Below, piece after piece: positions 40,943 through 50,335 of a stretch of DNA of 64,000 nt. The DNA is taken from NCBI GenBank assembly GCA_949292205.1, contig CASEYR010000001.1, forward strand, positions 155,530 through 219,529, written 5' to 3'. Both the position numbers and the translations under genes were made by a program. The notes under the pieces are model-generated. The model made no database searches. It was not told where the DNA came from and worked only from the letters and a program-made list of their open reading frames with translations. The first letter of the stretch is position 1; each line of letters starts with the position of its first letter. Source of the DNA: an uncultured Alphaproteobacteria bacterium (GTDB lineage: Bacteria > Pseudomonadota > Alphaproteobacteria > CAAHEQ01 > UBA3637).

Positions 40943-42310
40943 ATGGAACAACTAAACTTTTACGATTTAGTATCTGATTTAACATTACAAGAGGTCTTTC
41001 AGTCCTATTTGGATTGTCGTCGAAACAAACGTCGTAGTTTGTCTTCTTTGCGTTTTGAAAGAGAATACGAACATAATCTGATTCGATTGTATGATGATAT
41101 TATACGCCGACGTTATCAGAGCCGCCCCTCCAAGGCCTTTATTGTGGATAAACCAGTCCAACGAGAGGTGTTTGCCGCCGATTTTCGGGATCGGATTATC
41201 CACCACCTAATCATCGGGTATTTAATGCCCGTGTTTGAACGTATTTTTTTAAATGAATCATACAGCTGTCGCGTCGGAAAAGGGACTCTATTCGGTATTC
41301 AATCCTGCGCTCAAATGATGCAAATTTGTTCCAATCATTACACAACGGATTGTTATGTGTTAAGGCTGGATATTCACGGCTTCTTTTTTCATATAGATAA
41401 ACGTATTTTATATCGAAAATTGAAACAGTTAATCGATACGCAATACCATCATGTAAATAAATCGACCATCTTGTTTTTAATCCGAGAAGTGTTGCGCGAT
41501 AATCCGACTGAAAATTGTAAAATCAGCGGATCTAAAAGCGCATGGATTGGACTTCCAAAAACAAAAAGCCTGTTTTTCAGCGGCCGAAACAAAGGACTTC
41601 CCATCGGTAATCTGACCAGCCAAGTTTTTGCCAATTTTTATTTGAATGATTTTGACCATTATGTCACTGGGTTGGATAAAGATTTGTTTTATGGACGATA
41701 CGTCGACGATATCGTCATTATGCACCCCAGCCGGGAGTATCTGCTTCAAGTCAAACAACACATCGACACTTATTTAAGGCAAGAGCTGGGGTTAACATTA
41801 CACCCGAAAAAGGTATCATTACAACATTATGCCAAAGGGTTCGCCTTTGTCGGCGCCTATATCAAACCCGGACGCGTTTATCCTGGCAAAAGGTTGCGTC
41901 GATCATTTTATTTAAAGATGCAACACCTGAACACGTTATGGGAAAACAACACACAAAAAATGAACCGAGCGTTGCTTGAAAAGACGTTATCAAGCATCAA
42001 TTCTTATTTTGGGTTATTAAAACACTTTGACGCCTGGCGGATCAAATTAAAGGGATGGAATATGTTAAACGAACAAATCCGAAGTGTTTTTCGAACAAAT
42101 GAACGGTTAAACAAAGTCTGGATAGAGCCCCAAACAAAACGCCAGATGATTGATGATGCCCGAAAAATGTTCACAGAGCCACTCAGGTATCCCAAGAAAT
42201 ATAAAAATCTTGTCCAAAAATGGAATCGCCTGTCACCGGAAGAGGCACTCAAATCTTGTTTAGGTCCTTCTTACATCACGATACCAGAAGACGAAAAAGA
42301 ATCCACTTGA
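40943..42310 (+). CDS. DGR reverse transcriptase
   Basis: FRDRIIHH, SYSCRVGKGT, LDIHGFF, GLPIGNLTSQ (DGR signature) and RYVDD. Confidence 0.96.
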   Translation: MEQLNFYDLVSDLTLQEVFQSYLDCRRNKRRSLSSLRFEREYEHNLIRLYDDIIRRRYQSRPSKAFIVDKPVQREVFAADFRDRIIHHLIIGYLMPVFERIFLNESYSCRVGKGTLFGIQSCAQMMQICSNHYTTDCYVLRLDIHGFFFHIDKRILYRKLKQLIDTQYHHVNKSTILFLIREVLRDNPTENCKISGSKSAWIGLPKTKSLFFSGRNKGLPIGNLTSQVFANFYLNDFDHYVTGLDKDLFYGRYVDDIVIMHPSREYLLQVKQHIDTYLRQELGLTLHPKKVSLQHYAKGFAFVGAYIKPGRVYPGKRLRRSFYLKMQHLNTLWENNTQKMNRALLEKTLSSINSYFGLLKHFDAWRIKLKGWNMLNEQIRSVFRTNERLNKVWIEPQTKRQMIDDARKMFTEPLRYPKKYKNLVQKWNRLSPEEALKSCLGPSYITIPEDEKEST

Positions 42311-42379
42311 GATGCATTTGCATACTGTAATGCGATTGGAGAACGTTTGATTGACGCAACGACAGAGTGTGTTAAAACG
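42311..42379 (+). pseudogene. Diverged fragment paralogous to the DGR target, in frame after the RT stop
   Basis: AFAYCNAIGERLIDATTECVKT versus target AFAWCDAIGGQLIDITTECIKT (16/22 identical). Confidence 0.75.
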
Positions 42380-42444
42380 ATGTGGACAGGCGAAAGTGGA
42401 ATTGGGAAAAGAGGAAAAGACCGAGGATAGCAGGGAAATAAAAA

Positions 42445-42519
42445 CGGCCGCTTCGCGGCCGAGACCTGTCCGCCGGGGACGTCGGACAGGAAAAAAAGTC
42501 TGCCATAAAAGGCAGACTT
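42445..42519 (-). promoter_or_regulatory. Three adjacent hairpins downstream of the VR (candidate target-recognition element and terminators)
   Basis: Perfect stems at 42496-42519 (9 bp), 42465-42490 (8 bp) and 42445-42461 (7 bp, GAA loop on the target strand). Confidence 0.7.
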
Positions 42520-42537
42520 AGTTAAAAAAATGTTAAT

Positions 42538-42646
42538 AAAAGCTCAGAATCCAACGCAGAGGGCGGTGATGCTGCTGTCACGATTGCTGGTGGTGACCGC
42601 ACCGGAAGAAAGATACACGAAATATGCATAAATTGCACTGGGCACG
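42538..42646 (-). repeat. DGR variable repeat (VR)
   Basis: 98/109 identical to the TR; all 11 differences are at TR adenines. Confidence 0.96.
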
Positions 42647-42924
42647 TTTTGTGTCCATACCAAAGCACTTCCAGTCTCTGTTAAATTCGGGCACCCCGTT
42701 GTTCCGGTTGTTTTAATACATTCCGTTGTTATATCAATCAGCTGTCCCCCGATTGCATCACACCAAGCAAAAGCACTCCACCAATTCATATTAGTATTAC
42801 TTTGACAATAACGGGTGCCGTCCAAGCCCGTCACAACGGTTCCACTACCCCCCGCGCATGATTCGGCAACCGCCGATGTTGACAACAAAACAGATAAACA
42901 AATCATCCCTATGTATTTTTTCAT
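42544..42924 (-). CDS. DGR target: small secreted C-type-lectin-like protein
   Basis: Signal peptide, YCxSxxxMNWWSAFAWCxxxGGxL, VWT, and C-terminal VR ending ALCV. Confidence 0.92.
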   Translation of the reverse strand: MKKYIGMICLSVLLSTSAVAESCAGGSGTVVTGLDGTRYCQSNTNMNWWSAFAWCDAIGGQLIDITTECIKTTGTTGCPNLTETGSALVWTQNVPSAIYAYFVYLSSGAVTTSNRDSSITALCVGF

Positions 42925-43092
42925 GGCAATACTCCTTTGCTATCCCCTATTCTATCCAATCCACCGCCGTATTGCAAGTATTTTTATCACGACATACACA
43001 AAAATTCACACTTCCTTATCAGACTCATCCGTATCTGACCCCCAGAAAGTTCCATTTTATGCCCTATGTTGATTTAACATACTAAAAAATTA

Positions 43093-43737
43093 TCAGCGTC
43101 CTAACTTTTCATACCGTTGAACCAATCGGGTATATTGGTCTTTTGTATACCGATGTTGAATGTTAGAGCGTGTTCCCGCAGAAGCAGAAAGCGGACTGAC
43201 AACCCGCCAAAAACCATTTCCATCTAACCGAAAAACCTCTCCCGTCAATGTTTTGGGAATAACACCTGATTTATCCGTTCCCTCTGCACGAATTGAATCT
43301 GATGTTAAAGCCGAATTTTTAAAAAACGTCATCCACTCTTGCCGAGTCATCGCATGATTATCAGATGGTGTATAATTTTGTAAAAACTCTTTTTCAAATA
43401 TACCACTCGGTAATTTCTTTTGTTGACGCGCTATTGCCAAAGCCTCTTTTACAGCTGAACGAATCCCACGTTTTTTATCTTTTTGAACGATATCTAAAAT
43501 AAAATCAGATTGGGCAAAAATTTGATTAAACTCAACCGATCTTGCCCCGATGTTATTATCATCAATTTCGGCAGAAAAGCTCTGTTTCGGATTGCTTTCA
43601 ACCCGTTTAACGTAGTCATCAAATGCTTTTTCCCCAGGTAATTTTGTATCGCCATTACATCCAACACCCAACAAAGACAGTGTCGCCATTGATAACGCCG
43701 CCGCCATTCCTTTAAATGATTTCTTTAACTCTGTCAT
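43093..43737 (-). CDS. Hypothetical lipoprotein
   Basis: Hydrophobic stretch ending LGVGC. Confidence 0.6.
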   Translation of the reverse strand: MTELKKSFKGMAAALSMATLSLLGVGCNGDTKLPGEKAFDDYVKRVESNPKQSFSAEIDDNNIGARSVEFNQIFAQSDFILDIVQKDKKRGIRSAVKEALAIARQQKKLPSGIFEKEFLQNYTPSDNHAMTRQEWMTFFKNSALTSDSIRAEGTDKSGVIPKTLTGEVFRLDGNGFWRVVSPLSASAGTRSNIQHRYTKDQYTRLVQRYEKLGR

Positions 43738-45542
43738 TCGTCATCCTCCTTTTCATTGACCTCTTTTTTGTGAAACTGTGCCATATATAGGGCTTCATAG
43801 GCGCCTTTTTTCGCCAATAATTCTTGATGAGTCCCCTCTTCTACTATATGACCTTCGTTAATAACCACAATCTTATCCGCATTCTGAATCGTGGATAACC
43901 GATGCGCTATGACCAATACCGTTCTGTCTTTCATCAGGTTATCTATCGCTTGTTGCACGATCGCTTCGGATTTGTTATCTAATGCCGATGTCGCCTCGTC
44001 CAAAATCACAATCGGCGCATTCTTTAAAAAAGCTCGGGCAATCGCAACACGCTGTTTCTGTCCGCCGGACAAAAGAGTTCCTCGCTCACCTATATCCGAA
44101 TCCAATCCTTTTTCAAGACTATCAACAAAATCGTCTAAACATGCCATCTTTAATGCTTGACGAATCTCGTCCTCGGTCGCATCAAACTTGCCTAAAATCA
44201 AGTTATCGCGAATCGTTCCGGAAAATAAGAAATTATCCTGAAAGACCATACCGATACTATCTCGTAAAGACTCTAACGTTACATCCCGAATGTCGTGACC
44301 ATCAATTTGAATAGAACCGCTATCCACATCATAAAATCGCGGAATCAAGCTGACAATCGTTGATTTTCCGCCGCCGGAATTACCGACAAAAGCTACTGTC
44401 TGTCCTTTTTTAATCGTTAAATTGATATCTTTTAAAACCGGTGTTCCGGGAACGTATGAAAAATCAACATCTTTAAACAGAATCTTGTTCTTCAGACTCG
44501 GCAAAGTTATCGCATCCTTTTTGTCCTTAATCTTTATCGGTGTTTCTAAAATTTCAAAAACACGCTCTATCGCCATAAAAGACAGTTGAACCGCATTGAA
44601 GTTCTTGCCTATGTTCTTAATCGGCGTATACAGCATTAACATAGCCGTCATAAAGGCAACAAAATCACCCGCCGTAATCGTCTTGCTGGTAATTAAATAG
44701 CTACCATACCAAATTGTTCCCGCTATACCAATCGCAATAATGATATGCATCATCGGTGACAGCCACGCTGTCCGTTGGATGTTCTTAATAGATAGCTTAA
44801 ATGCTTGATTTAATGTATCAAAAAACTTCCTTTTTTGGTGTTCATTTAAGTTGTAGGAGGCTATCGTTTTAGAGCCTGCATGTGTTTCATTAAAAGAGGT
44901 TAAAACAGCCCCTCCAACCACGATTGAGCGAGCAACAATATCTTTTATCTTTTTGCGTATCATTGTCAACGGATAGAGTGATGTCCCTAAAACAACAATC
45001 GCTATAACCGCTAATTGCCATGAGGTATATAACAAAACACAAATCAATGTAACTGATGAAAATATACGTGTTGTAAAAACTCGAACATTATTTAACAATC
45101 CCGTACAGGCCGTATCCGCGTCTCCGTTAAAACGCATCATAATTTGTCCAGATGCATTTTTATCAATATAACTTTGATCAATTGCCAATAATTTGGTATA
45201 CAACTTCTTCTTAAGCTCCATCGTTACCTTGCCACCCGTCCAAGCACTTAAATATGCCGAACCATAATCCAATGCGGCTTGCAACACTGTGAAAAAGATA
45301 ACAAATACCGGTATAATCCACAAAGGCATATTAAAGGGAGTTGTTCCACCTTGATCCATAATCACGGTATCCATAAAAGGCTTTAACGCCAACGCAATCA
45401 CTGCATCCAATGAACCAATCGGAATTGTGATTAAAATAGATAACAATGAACGAAACCAGAACGGTTTTATAAACGGCCACATCCGTGAATAGTTCAAAAT
45501 AAAACGATTATTTTTGAATTTATACGACAACTTACGAAACAT
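43734..45542 (-). CDS. MsbA-like ABC exporter (fused TMD-NBD)
   Basis: GNSGGGKS, LSGGQKQR, DEATSALD and IAHRLST motifs. Confidence 0.9.
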   Translation of the reverse strand: MFRKLSYKFKNNRFILNYSRMWPFIKPFWFRSLLSILITIPIGSLDAVIALALKPFMDTVIMDQGGTTPFNMPLWIIPVFVIFFTVLQAALDYGSAYLSAWTGGKVTMELKKKLYTKLLAIDQSYIDKNASGQIMMRFNGDADTACTGLLNNVRVFTTRIFSSVTLICVLLYTSWQLAVIAIVVLGTSLYPLTMIRKKIKDIVARSIVVGGAVLTSFNETHAGSKTIASYNLNEHQKRKFFDTLNQAFKLSIKNIQRTAWLSPMMHIIIAIGIAGTIWYGSYLITSKTITAGDFVAFMTAMLMLYTPIKNIGKNFNAVQLSFMAIERVFEILETPIKIKDKKDAITLPSLKNKILFKDVDFSYVPGTPVLKDINLTIKKGQTVAFVGNSGGGKSTIVSLIPRFYDVDSGSIQIDGHDIRDVTLESLRDSIGMVFQDNFLFSGTIRDNLILGKFDATEDEIRQALKMACLDDFVDSLEKGLDSDIGERGTLLSGGQKQRVAIARAFLKNAPIVILDEATSALDNKSEAIVQQAIDNLMKDRTVLVIAHRLSTIQNADKIVVINEGHIVEEGTHQELLAKKGAYEALYMAQFHKKEVNEKEDDE

Positions 45543-45608
45543 CTTTTTCCTTTATGTGTGTATATAACTGACGGCAGTTTACCAGATATTAGCCTTAAAA
45601 TCAAGTAT

Positions 45609-46562
45609 TCATTTTAAATGGGCCCTTGGATGAGCATGCTCGTAGACTTCTTGCAAATGCTCCATCGTTATCTCGGTATAGCGTTGTGTCGCCGATAAAG
45701 AAGCATGACCTAACAGCTCTTGAACCGTCCTTAAATCTCCCCCTCCTTGCAATAAATGCGTTGCAAAGCTATGACGCAACGCATGGGGTGTAACCGTATC
45801 CGGTAAATTTAAAGCGCGTCGTATCAATCGAACATTCCGTTGAACAACTCCTGGATTCAACCTATCTCCACGCGCTCCGACAAACAAAGGAGCTTCTGAA
45901 CGAGATAAAGGATGCATTTTTAAATACGATAAAACGGCTTTGCGTACAGCCGGCAAAATCGGGACAATCCGTTGCTTGTCCCCCTTTCCTGTGATAACCA
46001 AAGTATCTGTATGAGATTCAAAATCTTTTTTGTTTAATCCTAATGCCTCTGCTATCCGCAAACCACACCCATACATCAACGTATAGAGGGCAACATCTCG
46101 CTTGGCCTCCCACGTTTCTCTCGCCATATTTTGAGCCGCATCCAAAAAACGAGCTGCATCCGTAACAGACAAGGGCTTTGGCAGTGTCTTTTGTGGGCGA
46201 GCCGAACGAATTGCCATAATCGCCGTGTTTTCTAAAATCTCGTTCCGTGTCATATACTTGAAAAAGTTACGAACGGCCGATAACCCTCTGGCTATGCTGG
46301 ATCGGGCTATTTTTTGATTCGATCGCCATACTAAAAATGATCGAAAATCAGAAACCGTTAATTTTTTTAAATCTGCAAGTGATATTTGTTTGTCAAAATG
46401 GTCACTTAAAAAAGTCATAAACTCTTTCATATCTCTCTGATATGATTCGCCTGTTTTTAAAGCCAGTCGTCGCTCTGATAAAAGATTTTTATACCAATCT
46501 TCTATCACACTCGCTAATTTTGGCGCACAAGTTTGCGATATTGACTTGTATTCCGTTGTCAT
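45609..46562 (-). CDS. xerC: Tyrosine recombinase XerC
   Basis: GLRIAE, GKGDKQR, HALRHSFATHLL and LLGHASLSATQRYT motifs. Confidence 0.9.
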   Translation of the reverse strand: MTTEYKSISQTCAPKLASVIEDWYKNLLSERRLALKTGESYQRDMKEFMTFLSDHFDKQISLADLKKLTVSDFRSFLVWRSNQKIARSSIARGLSAVRNFFKYMTRNEILENTAIMAIRSARPQKTLPKPLSVTDAARFLDAAQNMARETWEAKRDVALYTLMYGCGLRIAEALGLNKKDFESHTDTLVITGKGDKQRIVPILPAVRKAVLSYLKMHPLSRSEAPLFVGARGDRLNPGVVQRNVRLIRRALNLPDTVTPHALRHSFATHLLQGGGDLRTVQELLGHASLSATQRYTEITMEHLQEVYEHAHPRAHLK

Positions 46563-46613
46563 TTTATGTATCCTAGTCCTTAGACCTACCAGCATAAAGG
46601 ATATTGTGAAAAA

Positions 46614-48572
46614 ATGCAACGATTATCTGTCTTGTTTCCGACACCTTTGGGGTGCTATGATTATAAAAGTGAGCTTTCTCTGACTCACGGTCAATTCGTA
46701 AAGGCTCCGTTCGGACAGAAAACAATCGTTGGCGTCGTTTGGAATCAAGATCCGAATTTCTCTATTCCGGAAAATAAAATTAAGGAAATATCCAATATCG
46801 TTGATATCCCTGCCTTGCCTCAACAAACAATTCAGTTTGTAAATTGGGTGAGCAAATATACGCTTTCCCCTGTCGGAATGGTTTTAAAAATGGCTTTGAT
46901 TCCTGATCCGGAAAAAACAAGTAAAAAGCCAATCTCATTTTTAGAGCCGAATCCAAATCCTACAGACATCTCTTTTTCAGCAGACCAACAAGCCGCCATC
47001 CAATCGCTAAATGCTAAAATAAACAATGGATTTAGCGTTTCTCTTCTTGATGGGGTTACGGGTTCCGGAAAAACAGAGGTCTATTTCGAGTCAATTGCCG
47101 AGGCCTTAAAACACTCCGGACAAGTCTTGGTGTTACTACCCGAAATAACACTTACAAACTCTTGGCTCAATCGTTTTGAAAAACGCTTTGGCGTCAAGCC
47201 AGCTGTTTGGCATTCTGCAATTACTCAAAAACAGCGAAGAGATACTTGGCGTGCTGTTTTAAAGGGAGAAGCTCGCGTTATTGTCGGCGCTCGTTCCGCA
47301 TTATTTCTGCCCTATCAAAAACTCAACCTGATTATTGTTGATGAAGAACACGATGCTTCATATAAACAAGAAGATGGAATTTTATATCAAGCACGAGATA
47401 TGGCTATCGTCCGTGCAAAATTAGCCGAATGTCCTATCATCTTGGCTTCTGCAACGCCCTCTGTTGAAACTTACTGTAATGTTTTAAGCGGAAAGTATGA
47501 CCATATTTCCCTGCCAGAACGTTTTTCCGGAGCAACTTTTCCCGACATTCGCATTGTCGATATGCGTCAAAGAACAAAAGGAGAAATATCTTTTATTTCT
47601 AAAGAATTAAAAGAAACTCTTTCAGAAAAACTAAAAGATAAAGAGCAGAGTTTATTATTTATCAATCGTCGAGGATATGCGCCTTTGGTTCTGTGTCGTG
47701 CTTGCGGTGAACGCTTGCAATGTCCACACTGTTCGGCATGGCTGGTAGAACACCGCCAAAAGAAAAATCTTCAATGTCATCACTGTGGATATACACGCAA
47801 AATCCCAACCGAATGCCCTGCTTGTCATGAAAAAGACTCTTTAATTTCTTGTGGTCCGGGGGTAGAACGTATTTTTGAAGAAACAGTGCGTCTTTTTCCT
47901 AACGCTAAATGCGAAATGGTAACTTCGGATACTTTGGCAAATCCATCTGTTTTTTCAGAGTTATCTCAACGAATGATAGACGGTGAAATTGATATTTTAA
48001 TCGGCACTCAGATTTTAGCAAAAGGACACAACTTTCCCAACCTGACTCTTGTCGGTGTTATTGATGCGGATATGGGGCTTGCCGGAGGAGATTTAAGAGC
48101 TTCGGAAAGAACGTTCCAACTTTTACATCAAGTGATGGGGCGAGCCGGACGAGATCAGAAAAAAGGTATGGCTATCTTACAGTCATATAATCCGGAAAAT
48201 CTGATTATTCAGGCTCTACAAGCCAACGACAGAACGCGTTTTATGAATGAAGAAATAGCCTCTAGACAGCTATTAAAAATGCCACCGTTCGGACGGCTGG
48301 CCGCTATTATCGTCAGCGGAAAGAATCAAAACTTAACCTATCAAACAGCTTTACAGCTGGCAAAAACGGCTCCCTTCTTGAAAGAGGTATCTGTTTTGGG
48401 ACCTGTTGCGGCTCCGTTAGCTATCTTGAGAGGGAAATATCGCTTTCGCTTACTTATTAAAACACCTAAAGACTTTAAATTGCAAAATATGTTAAAAAGT
48501 TGGTTGGAACAAAATCAATTTCCTCGTTCGGTTGATGTTCGCTTGGATATTGATCCATACAGCTTTTTCTAG
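46614..48572 (+). CDS. priA: Primosomal protein N'
   Basis: GVTGSGKTEVY, DEEHD, Zn fingers and GRAGR. Confidence 0.96.
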   Translation: MQRLSVLFPTPLGCYDYKSELSLTHGQFVKAPFGQKTIVGVVWNQDPNFSIPENKIKEISNIVDIPALPQQTIQFVNWVSKYTLSPVGMVLKMALIPDPEKTSKKPISFLEPNPNPTDISFSADQQAAIQSLNAKINNGFSVSLLDGVTGSGKTEVYFESIAEALKHSGQVLVLLPEITLTNSWLNRFEKRFGVKPAVWHSAITQKQRRDTWRAVLKGEARVIVGARSALFLPYQKLNLIIVDEEHDASYKQEDGILYQARDMAIVRAKLAECPIILASATPSVETYCNVLSGKYDHISLPERFSGATFPDIRIVDMRQRTKGEISFISKELKETLSEKLKDKEQSLLFINRRGYAPLVLCRACGERLQCPHCSAWLVEHRQKKNLQCHHCGYTRKIPTECPACHEKDSLISCGPGVERIFEETVRLFPNAKCEMVTSDTLANPSVFSELSQRMIDGEIDILIGTQILAKGHNFPNLTLVGVIDADMGLAGGDLRASERTFQLLHQVMGRAGRDQKKGMAILQSYNPENLIIQALQANDRTRFMNEEIASRQLLKMPPFGRLAAIIVSGKNQNLTYQTALQLAKTAPFLKEVSVLGPVAAPLAILRGKYRFRLLIKTPKDFKLQNMLKSWLEQNQFPRSVDVRLDIDPYSFF

Positions 48573-48581
48573 GAGACTCTG

Positions 48582-49124
48582 ATGAAAACAAAAAAATATA
48601 AAGATTCTATTCAATCAAAAATCACCCGCTTGATGTGGATTGTTTTTTCTCAACTTATCTGGATTATACCTGTTTTATACCTTGCTTACTATGTAAAAGA
48701 AAACTTGTCAGATTGGGTTAATTTATATTTCGGTGTTGAAGTTGCTCAGAAAACAGCTGAGGCCTTAGCGGTTCGAGCCGAAATACTAAGTGAACCCGTC
48801 ATTATGAATCCGTCAACTATTACAGCCTATGTTAAAGCTGCTTTCGCCAGTATGAGTGCAACAACAAAAGCTTTCAGCTTATCATCTATCGCCGGAATTA
48901 CAACCTCTCTGGGGACTATCCTCATCAACATCATCAGCTTTATTGTCATCATCTATGGATTGTTACGAATTCGTAAAACATATCAGCTTCAAACACACGA
49001 TACGGCTCTGGTTCATCATATCTGCGATGAAATAATGCCTGAACTAGAGGCTATCAAAAAGGAAATACTGCTGTTACGCCAAAACAAAGACTGCGATAAA
49101 ACAGATATCCGAAGAAACTATTGA
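48582..49124 (+). CDS. Hypothetical membrane protein
   Basis: Preceded by AGGAG; two TM segments. Confidence 0.65.
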   Translation: MKTKKYKDSIQSKITRLMWIVFSQLIWIIPVLYLAYYVKENLSDWVNLYFGVEVAQKTAEALAVRAEILSEPVIMNPSTITAYVKAAFASMSATTKAFSLSSIAGITTSLGTILINIISFIVIIYGLLRIRKTYQLQTHDTALVHHICDEIMPELEAIKKEILLLRQNKDCDKTDIRRNY

Positions 49125-50335
49125 AAACGAAGAGCCTCAATCGGATCTAGTTTCATTGCTTTAAACGCCGGCATCAAACCGGAAACAATACCGACAATAA
49201 CGGCAACCGAAACAGAAATAATAACAGACCAAACAGAAATCGGGACTTCTCGCCCAAAATAATAGCCTCCAATTTGAGACAAAATAACTCCCAGAAACAT
49301 GCCAACGAAACTACCGATAAACGAAATCAAAATAGATTCTGCTAAAAATTGAAACATAATCCATTTATTCGGAGCTCCTAAAGCTTTACGTGTGCCAATC
49401 TCTCGGGTTCTTTCCGTTACGGAAACAAGCATCATATTCATAATACCGATACTACCGACAATCAAAGAAATAGAAGCTATCGCCGCTAACAACAACGACA
49501 AAATCAATCCAACACTACGCACCTTTTCAACCATTTCAGTCATTAAACGAACCGTAAAATCATTATCTGTTCCTTCTTTTAATCGATGACGCGCACGCAA
49601 TTGATACTCTATCCGATTGGCAACAGATTCCATACGATCTTCACTGGTCACCTTAACAAAAGCAACATTTGAATAGTTAGGACGCGGAGAACTCCTTAAT
49701 CGCTGACGCAATGTCGTTGCCGGTGTTAAAATAATGTTATCTTGATCATCCCCCATCAAACCGTCCCCTTTCTCACGAAGAGTCCCGATAACGGTAAAAG
49801 GTTGTCCTTTTAAGCGTATCGTCTTTCCTATCGGATTTTGAAGTCCAAATAATTCATCTACTATCGTTTGCCCGATAACAACATATGGACGACCGCTTTT
49901 CAAATCTCGCTCGCTAAACATAATACCGTCTTCAATCTCCCAGTTGCCAACGGTCAAGTATTCCGGTGTCGTACCATAAACATTAACACCATAGTTATTG
50001 GAGCCATAAACAGCTTGAACCGCTGCATTCACAATATACGAAGCGGTTTCTATATCTTTTAATGAACGTAAAGATTCCACATCATCAAAACTGACACTGG
50101 GGCGTCCTCGCCCACCACGAACACCCCCACTGACCGTCTCGCCGGGTCCGATAATAATTAAGTTTGTTCCCATGGAATCAAAGGTTTTTGTAATCTCGTT
50201 TTGAACCGTTTGTCCGGCAGCTACCATCAAAACTACGGCAGCAACACCAATCATAATACCCAACATCGTCAAAAATGTCCGCATCTTATAGGCGGTAATG
50301 GATATCCATGCTTCACGTAAAATCTGACCGATCAT
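49118..50335 (-). CDS. MacB-type ABC permease
   Basis: LTMLGIMIGV, GIMNMMLVSVTERTREIG and DPIEALR motifs. Confidence 0.92.
   Translation of the reverse strand: MIGQILREAWISITAYKMRTFLTMLGIMIGVAAVVLMVAAGQTVQNEITKTFDSMGTNLIIIGPGETVSGGVRGGRGRPSVSFDDVESLRSLKDIETASYIVNAAVQAVYGSNNYGVNVYGTTPEYLTVGNWEIEDGIMFSERDLKSGRPYVVIGQTIVDELFGLQNPIGKTIRLKGQPFTVIGTLREKGDGLMGDDQDNIILTPATTLRQRLRSSPRPNYSNVAFVKVTSEDRMESVANRIEYQLRARHRLKEGTDNDFTVRLMTEMVEKVRSVGLILSLLLAAIASISLIVGSIGIMNMMLVSVTERTREIGTRKALGAPNKWIMFQFLAESILISFIGSFVGMFLGVILSQIGGYYFGREVPISVWSVIISVSVAVIVGIVSGLMPAFKAMKLDPIEALRFQ

Larger units (their letters stand above)
40312..42924. mobile_element. Diversity-generating retroelement (avd-TR-RT with a convergent target)
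   Basis: DGR-type RT, Avd-like ORF and a TR/VR pair with adenine-only mismatches. Confidence 0.97.

Noticed and set aside
40943..42310. RT as a group II intron, retron or Abi RT
   Set aside because: It has GLPIGNLTSQ rather than PQG, no intron or msr-msd structure is evident, and Avd plus a TR/VR pair are adjacent.
42308..42310. TGA recoded as Trp genome-wide
   Set aside because: Many genes here end at TGA at their expected positions (for example atpA, atpC, avd, nth), and Trp is encoded by TGG.
45609..46562. Tyrosine recombinase as the integrase of the DGR region
   Set aside because: It looks like housekeeping XerC beside priA and is separated from the DGR by an MsbA-like gene.
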